In this document: one piece after another, positions 38,409 through 44,749 of the stretch | Layout: the number at the start of each line of letters is the position of its first letter | Position numbering within the stretch: position 1 is the first letter of the stretch | Assembly: GCA_000934665.2 (NCBI GenBank) | Contig: JYFJ02003231.1 | Location: 1 to 44,749 of the forward strand | Direction of reading: 5' to 3' | DNA from: Catajapyx aquilonaris | Lineage: Eukaryota | DNA length: 44,749 nucleotides | The notes under the pieces: generated by a model | What the model was told of the DNA's origin: nothing | What the model saw: the letters and a program-made list of their open reading frames with translations, nothing else | Database searches by the model: none | Made by a program: the position numbers and the translations under genes

Positions 38409-38717
38409 GTGGTATGGATCCATTGTGAAGATGAACCATCCATTTTTGGCACCTCCTTGACCAATGTGAATAAAAGCATAGAAAAACTATATGCTGCAAA
38501 ACAACATATTTCTATGCTCATGGGACGGGCCAACTACTTGAGACAAACCCAGGTTGAACTCAACGAGTTGTCAGCAACAACTACAGAGTACGACAGAAGC
38601 CAATTTTGGGCACAATTAAGTAACATACACTCTGCATTGTCAATCATTGAAATGGTGGTGACAACACTGCAACATGTCCACCTGAAAAACGGTACAACTA
38701 TCAGTATGATGTTGTGA
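38409..38717 (+). pseudogene. Env/F-protein-like fragment (second copy ~37040-37230)
   Basis: IFGTSLTNVNKSIEKLYAAKQHISML resembles the fusion-peptide LFGT plus heptad repeat. A near-identical DNA block occurs at 37045-37145. Confidence 0.4.
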
Positions 38718-39954
38718 TGCATTTCATTTTTGCACATTGTATATGCATATAAGACATAATTATAAGACACTCCTTCTCACCAACAGCATCATAAATTATC
38801 ACATACTAAGTGTTAATACCCACAAAATCACAACACCCAGTAAAAATTCACTGAATGTCCAGTTAGTCTCTAGAAAGGCAAAAATCACTTGCGTGGAAGC
38901 CCTAGAGTCAAAGCATCCTACTAGTATGTGTCACACTAGTGGGGAATAGCAGCAACAGTGGCCTTGGTCTTATCTAAGACCCATTTTTCATTTCACTCGA
39001 AGAAATAGAACGCCTACTATTGATTGGATATAAAAAGCACATGGCAAATACCTGCAAGTCATGTCATGTACAGACACAGGGTGTCCAGTAAATATGCTGG
39101 AAAAAATTCAAGCATATTGCAAGGCTAATCCCTAAAATTTTCAAGGCCCCCTCCCACGACCAATTACCAACATATTTTTTTCCAAAAGGAGAACCCTCCC
39201 TCATCCAGTAGTACGCCTGGAATATGCCATCTGGAATATCACTGAAAAAATCAATACTGATTATGTTGGCGTAACTTATCATGCCCTCATGTGACGACAA
39301 TGTAAATAGAATCATTATCAAACTACGTCATGTCACTGCAACAGAGGCAGTTTATTTGTCAGTGGAAACGGTGCAGTAAGAAAGAACATTAGGTAAATAT
39401 TATTTTGCAATTCTCTGAATCCCACCCCATCAGGTTTGCCTGCATGCTGGAAAGACATGCATAAGAGTCAGGCGCAGATGTCCTGCTTCGGAATAATTGT
39501 CGTGCTATGGTCTGCAGTTTTAGGCGTATACAGTACACTGCTGCACACGCATGATAACTAAGGACCATGTCCCTCTAATGGCAAATGCCCAACGGGGTTA
39601 AATTAAATTAAAATTAAAAATAACTATAAGGTGTTTGCCCTTCGTACTCGGAAATTATCATGCTACTTTTTGATCACATTTCAAAAATGGCTACGATGCT
39701 CAATTTATATTTTACAACCTGAAGAACCTTGACCTATCAGGTCCAGCAACTGTCTGTCAGATTTAATACACTACATAAATTCATGAAATGCTGGCGCTGC
39801 ACACCCTTATTCGGGCAACACCAGGCCTTACCCATGTGACATGTCCGAAGCAATCACTCCCTTGAGTACAGAGAGCATTTACACTCCCTCTGGCTTATAG
39901 CTCACTATGAATACAGCATATGCAGGTTTTACAAACTTCTTTCATTTTTCAATC

Positions 39955-40147
39955 CCCGTGCGAAGAACGGGTCCCCTGGCACGGCACTGACGGTTTACGT
40001 GCCCCTGATTCAGAGAAAAGTCCGAACACTGCACTTCCTTGAGTCTAAATGACTAAAATCTAGGATTTCCGGTCTGCGGGAAATCCTTGCTTACTTTACC
40101 ATAATTATGTGGAAATAGTCTGTGCCAAGAACGGGCTCCACTGCTAC
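39955..40147 (+). mobile_element. Helitron 3' region with two successive terminator hairpins
   Basis: CCCGTGCGAAGAACGGG (39955-39971, no CTAG) and TCTGTGCCAAGAACGGG...CTGCTAC|T (40119-40147). Both are homologous to 4066-4094. Confidence 0.5.
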
Positions 40148-40149
40148 TT

Positions 40150-40708
40150 AATAATAAAATTATCTTATACTAATATTTTTTAATATTAATATTATTAGTA
40201 TTAATAATAATGCTATTTATTTTATTATTTATATGTATTAAGATTAATAATAATAATTTAACAATTAGTAGTAGTAATAAGTTATTTATTTTATTAGTTA
40301 TATTTGTTATTAGTTATTCTATTATCTCCCTTCATTGCTGACTGTTACCCATTATATGGATAATATGTCATGACTCATGATGGTGGTGGTGGTGTTATCA
40401 TCATTATTATGATTATTATATTCTTATTATATTCTTATTTTATTTTAGTCTAATACTATTCTATTTAATTATTATATTATATTAATTATATTATTATTAT
40501 TTTATTTTAGTCTAATGCTATTATATTATATTTAATTATTATTCTTATTTTATTTTAGTCGAATACTATTATATTATATCTAATTATATTATTCTATTAA
40601 ATTTTATTGCTATTCTATTTATTATTATTATTTATTATTATTCTATTTATTCTATTTATTATTATTTATAATTATTATTCTATTTATTATTATTTATAAT
40701 TATTATTC

Positions 40709-40798
<90 letters not shown>
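40150..40798. repeat. AT-rich low-complexity/(TTA)n-(AAT)n tract
   Basis: Directly visible. Confidence 0.9.
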
Positions 40799-40799
<1 letters not shown>

Positions 40800-42004
40800 G
40801 CCAAACTTTTGGATTAATATGGTAAATTCTAATAGCTTTCAATACTTGAACTTTTGCTGAACATGAAAAAGTATCAATCCTCACCCTTGACCCAAAAATA
40901 AATTTAAAAAAGGCCCGAAATGCGCCACTCCGATGCTCCCCGCCTCCACCTCGATCGGCCCTCGGTTCCTGGCGAGTGGGGGCCGCCACTGGTCACCGCC
41001 CCGGGGCCAAAATCAGCCCCGGGGCAAGCCTAACCCGAAAACACAACCCCCCACCAAAAAGAATGAGAGAGAGAGAGAGAGGGGAGGAAATGGAATGTTC
41101 CAGAAGCATAGGCTCGCCAAGCCAGCCACGCCGGCCAACGCCCAGAGACTCGCTCTCGAGCTTGGGGGGGACCCCCTCATGCCGTGTTGCCAGATTTCAC
41201 TAGGCTGCTTGGCATTAAGAAGGTGACATGCGAACAACTATTAGCTACCAATATTTGGTCGAAGAGCTTGGGACCCCCTTTTTTAGGACGACAGCAGGGG
41301 GTTTATGCTGCGAATGGAAATGCTACTCGAAAATAAATATCAGTAAATTGATCTACATTCAACATAACGCTGGTGGCTAATTATATTTACAGCCTACTAA
41401 TTAGTGAGGGGAAAAGACGTACATATAGTCATCATCTATGAAAAATGGGAGGCAAGTTAACCCCAGTAATTGACTTTAATTAATTACACACATTATTCAT
41501 TGCAATAAAGCAACTAATAAAACAGAATATGAAAACAACAATATCAATATCAATCAATACAGTAGGCTATAATTATAATAGGCGTAGTCTGTTTGTTTGT
41601 CCTATTTCATACCCATTTCGCACCCATTTTTTTCACATTTTACATTCATGCCGTATCTATTTTTTAAACCCATTTCGTACCCATTTCTTACCAATTTCAT
41701 ATACCATTGCCTCCCTGCCATTGCAAAGAACTTCCATGCATAACAACGAAACCCATCAGCAGTTACGCGTCTGCATACTATCTCACGCATCTTATGACAC
41801 GCCCATCAGTCACAAATCAGGTGTACAAGTTGTTCCCTTCTCGTACTGGAAACAATAATTGGCATCCGAAGCAGCCGTCGTCATCAAACCAACCTTATTC
41901 CCACGTAATTAAAAAGCAATGAGTGTTGAGGCACCAAAAATATATTCATTTTTCACGTCTAATTTGCCAGTATGGAATCAGGAGCTCTCTTTCTCTGTGT
42001 GTGA

Positions 42005-42357
42005 TCATTCTCCAGCCTGTGCTTTGGCCTTGCTTTTCTGCTGGAGCCTCCAGTTCTCCACGTCCTGGACGGTGGCAGGTATCTTCTGATTCAGAGACTC
42101 TGGCAGGAACAGGCACAGGATTCCGGTGGCGACTCCGGTCACCCCGTAGATGATGATCCGAGTGGTTTCGCTCAGCAAGGCGCTTATGAACGGTGCCGAG
42201 ATAGCAGCCAGTCGGGACACCAGGGTGGCCGCCCCGAGGGCGACGCTGCGAGTGTCAGTGGGCATCAGCTCGGCCACCAGCAGGTAGACGATGGCGAAGG
42301 TGGAGCATATGCTCAGCTTGCCCACGACTGCCAGGGTCATTGTGGCCCAGCTGTATC
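42005..42357 (-). CDS. SLC22/organic cation transporter-like MFS protein, last coding exon
   Basis: Acceptor TAG at 42360-42358. Reads YSWATMTLAVVGK...AELMPTDTRSVALG...LFLPES..., with the ELxPT.R and LPET-like SLC22 motifs, and ends with TGA at 42005-42007. Confidence 0.9.
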
Positions 42358-42418
42358 CTACGCATATAAGGCAAAGTTTGTTTGACCCGTTTCATACTCA
42401 TTTTATGCCCGTACCGAC

Positions 42419-43087
42419 CTTCGCTGGGCACTGCCAGCATGAACAGGTAGATGATTCCCGAGGAGATGAACGTGAAGACCGTGATAGGCATCCGCCCGAA
42501 GTAGTCGACGAGGAAGGACGTGTAGAAGAGAGGGGGCAGCTCGGCCAAGCCCATGAGAGCCCCGCTGACGAACGGGTCGTCCGCAAAATCGTCAGACCCG
42601 AGAGACAGACCGTAGTAGACCAGGGTGGTCGCGAACCAGGCGGCGCAGATGATCAAGGTTCGCTTGCACATCTCAGGGGTGAGGAACAGGGAGAAAATCG
42701 CTGACAGGGCCTCCATCACCCTCTTTCCCAGGGTCTTCTTCACCACCTCCCCCTGCTGATCCAGGGGCAGAGAGGCCTTCCTGAAGGTCTCCAGGGTGGC
42801 GAGTAGAGTCCGATCCTCTGGGAGGGGATGGCCGTTGAACTTGCAGATCTTCCGGATGATATCTTCGGCCTCCTGGTGCCTGCCCTTGGTGATGAGCCAT
42901 CTTGGAGACTCCGGGAGGAAGTAGTAGAGGAGGGTCAGTCCCATAGGGTAGGCGAGGGCCATCTGGAGGTTCCGCCATTCAGGGAGCACCTTGGCTAACA
43001 AGCACAGGATCACGTAGCCCACGCCGAAGGGTACTTGGTACAGGATGCTCATGATGGACCGCCTCTTCGCGCCAACCAGTTCAGACA
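42419..43087 (-). CDS. SLC22/organic cation transporter-like MFS protein, penultimate coding exon; 5' exons not found in the window
   Basis: SELVGAKRR, WRNLQ, LPESPRWL, VYYGLS and DYFGR motifs. There is a phase-1 acceptor at 43089-43088, and a 61-bp intron 42418-42358 (GTCGGT...TAG) restores the frame. Confidence 0.9.
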
Positions 43088-43454
43088 CTTGGAGGATCAA
43101 ATAGGATTTTACTGATTAATTTTATTGGGAAGAAGACTAAAACCACTATGAATACCATTTTTCACATAGGAACCCGTGTCTGGAAATGTTCATAGGCAAG
43201 CAACGGGTGCGCTCAGACGCGTCAGGTGGGCGGCGCTAGCGAGCGGACCGTTTAGTTGCTAGGTGGCGCGCAGATAGTAAACAACGTCGCGACGAGCAAT
43301 AACCTGGCAACAACAACTAGCAACTAAAACCCGCTTGCTAGTAAACAGAGGGCTCTGTTGTTGCCATGTTATCAAATATTATTAACGCGCTTCGCTAATA
43401 TGGGACACTCCGGCCAAAAACTGGCGAAGCTGCCGCGCGCGCCATCTGTTGGCT

Positions 43455-44513
43455 CGGGGTGGGGTTAGCCCCTCAGCCCGCAGCCACTAGTGCAATTACG
43501 TCAATGTTTTCCAATTTAAATTAATTATTTCACAGCGTTTACGTACATGATTACGCCATATAACAGGTATAGTGGTTGAACTTAAGTGGAGTTAAGTCAT
43601 ACAGGTTTAAAAGAAACTCCCGGGAAGAATTCAACTAACAAGGTTTTAATTATGCTTATTTACTCTATTACTCAACATGAATGCACCCTACGTTTCTTTT
43701 CATGATACACTTTTCAGGACATATAGCAACAATAAATCATTTCATACGCAATTAACCCTTAACTACTTAGGTGGAGCCTGAGCGGCTTCAACCATATTTA
43801 AACGTGATGTAATTAAGTCATAAACAAGGCCCGTTTTTCTGTCGGAATATGCTAACTCGGCGTGTGATTTTACGTTATCGGAAGCTTAATAATCTGAACT
43901 GCACTTTCTGTATGTGAAAAGTCCAATGTAACAATTTAGCTGATAAGCAGAAATTTAAATATACCGTCGGAGCCACTCAGGCTCCACCTAAGTAGTTAAG
44001 GGTTAATTGCGTATGAAATGATTTATTGTTGCTATATGTCCTGAAAAGTGTATCATGAAAAGAAACGTAGGGTGCATTCATGTTGAGTAATAGAGTAAAT
44101 AAGCGTAATTAAAACCTTGTTAGTTGAATTCTTCCCGGGAGTTTCTTTTAAACCTGTATGACTTAACTCCACTTAAGTTCAACCACTATACCTGTTATAT
44201 GGCGTGAATTGCATGACATCATTTATCAGCAGTATGAAGTGTTTGACCTATCCATTGTTAAGCACTTACGTGACATTTATGTCAGTAATTAGAGCCAAAC
44301 AAATAGCTTCCCTTTCGTTTCATTTTCCTTAGTGGCATGGAGCGTCAGCACTCGAAAGAGCCGGATACTTAACCTGTAGGCCTAATATAGATCATTTCTG
44401 ATTTTTTGGTGCACGGGTCATGTACGTAAACGCTGTGAAATAATTAATTTAAATTGGAAAACATTGACGTAATTGCACTAGTGGCTGCGGGCTGAGGGGC
44501 TAACCCCACCCCG
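43455..44513. repeat. ~1.06-kb palindrome (foldback) in the presumed SLC22 intron
   Basis: 43455-43550 pairs with 44418-44513 and 43553-43755 pairs with 44003-44205, both near-perfectly. Segment 44206-44417 is present only in the right arm. Confidence 0.9.
43756..44002. mobile_element. piggyBac-type MITE at the palindrome centre
   Basis: TIR CCCTTAACTACTTAGGTGGAGCCTGAG / CTCAGGCTCCACCTAAGTAGTTAAGGG with TTAA on both sides (43752-43755, 44003-44006). Confidence 0.8.
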
Positions 44514-44540
44514 GGCATTTGCCATTCGGGCACTTCACAT

Positions 44541-44655
44541 GGCACTACACACAGGGCACTACACACAGGGCACTACACACTACACTACACACACTACACA
44601 CACTACACACACTACACACAGGGCACTACACACACTACTCACAGGGCACTACACA
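44541..44655. repeat. (GGGCA)CTACACAC(A) minisatellite bracketed by CGGGCATTTGCCAT direct repeats
   Basis: Directly visible. The bracket motif occurs at 44512 and 44658. Confidence 0.85.
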
Positions 44656-44749
44656 TTCGGGCATTTGCCATGTGGGAGGCGCGGAGGGATCTCCTGGTGT
44701 CGCCGGAGGTGGCCCCGCCTGCTTATCGGCAGTTGGGAAGCGTTCCTCC

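Noticed and set aside
42255..42418. C-terminal tail of the listed 281-aa ORF
   Set aside because: Intron read-through. Splicing 42418-42358 joins it to the proper transporter frame.
42291..42704. 137-aa plus-strand ORF and other ORFs overlapping the transporter
   Set aside because: Antisense or alternative-frame shadows of the GC-rich SLC22 exons.
43250..43350. Cluster of RFX X-box half-sites (GTTGCTAGG, CTGGCAAC, CTAGCAAC, GTTGCCATG)
   Set aside because: Half-sites only, common in TE subtermini, with no evidence of regulatory function.

Overview
Eukaryotic, repeat-rich, mostly AT-rich genomic DNA, probably from an invertebrate (short GT-AG introns, microsatellites, Helitron/MITE/RTE-type repeats). 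It is not prokaryotic, and most listed ORFs are spurious. The only clearly intact host gene is the 3' part of an SLC22/organic-cation-transporter-like MFS gene (two exons, minus strand, 42005-43087). The rest is a transposon landscape: non-autonomous Helitrons, Tc1/mariner, hAT-like, PIF/Harbinger, piggyBac and foldback elements, an RTE-derived SINE family, and MULE, LINE and Gypsy relics. The most unusual signal is a ~24 kb region (~10.9-35.4 kb) built of decayed, co-oriented (+), head-to-tail copies of an APE1/EEP-type endonuclease domain. It is associated with Helentron Rep-region relics, suggesting a Helitron2/Helentron-like element with a multiplied endonuclease array. Other points of interest are a small spliced gene for a retropepsin-like protein lacking the DTG catalytic motif, a Pro/Ala-rich pseudogene with three homologous phase-2 introns, and two long palindromes centred on a TIR transposon. 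All protein-family calls were made by eye from degenerate motifs and need HMM confirmation.
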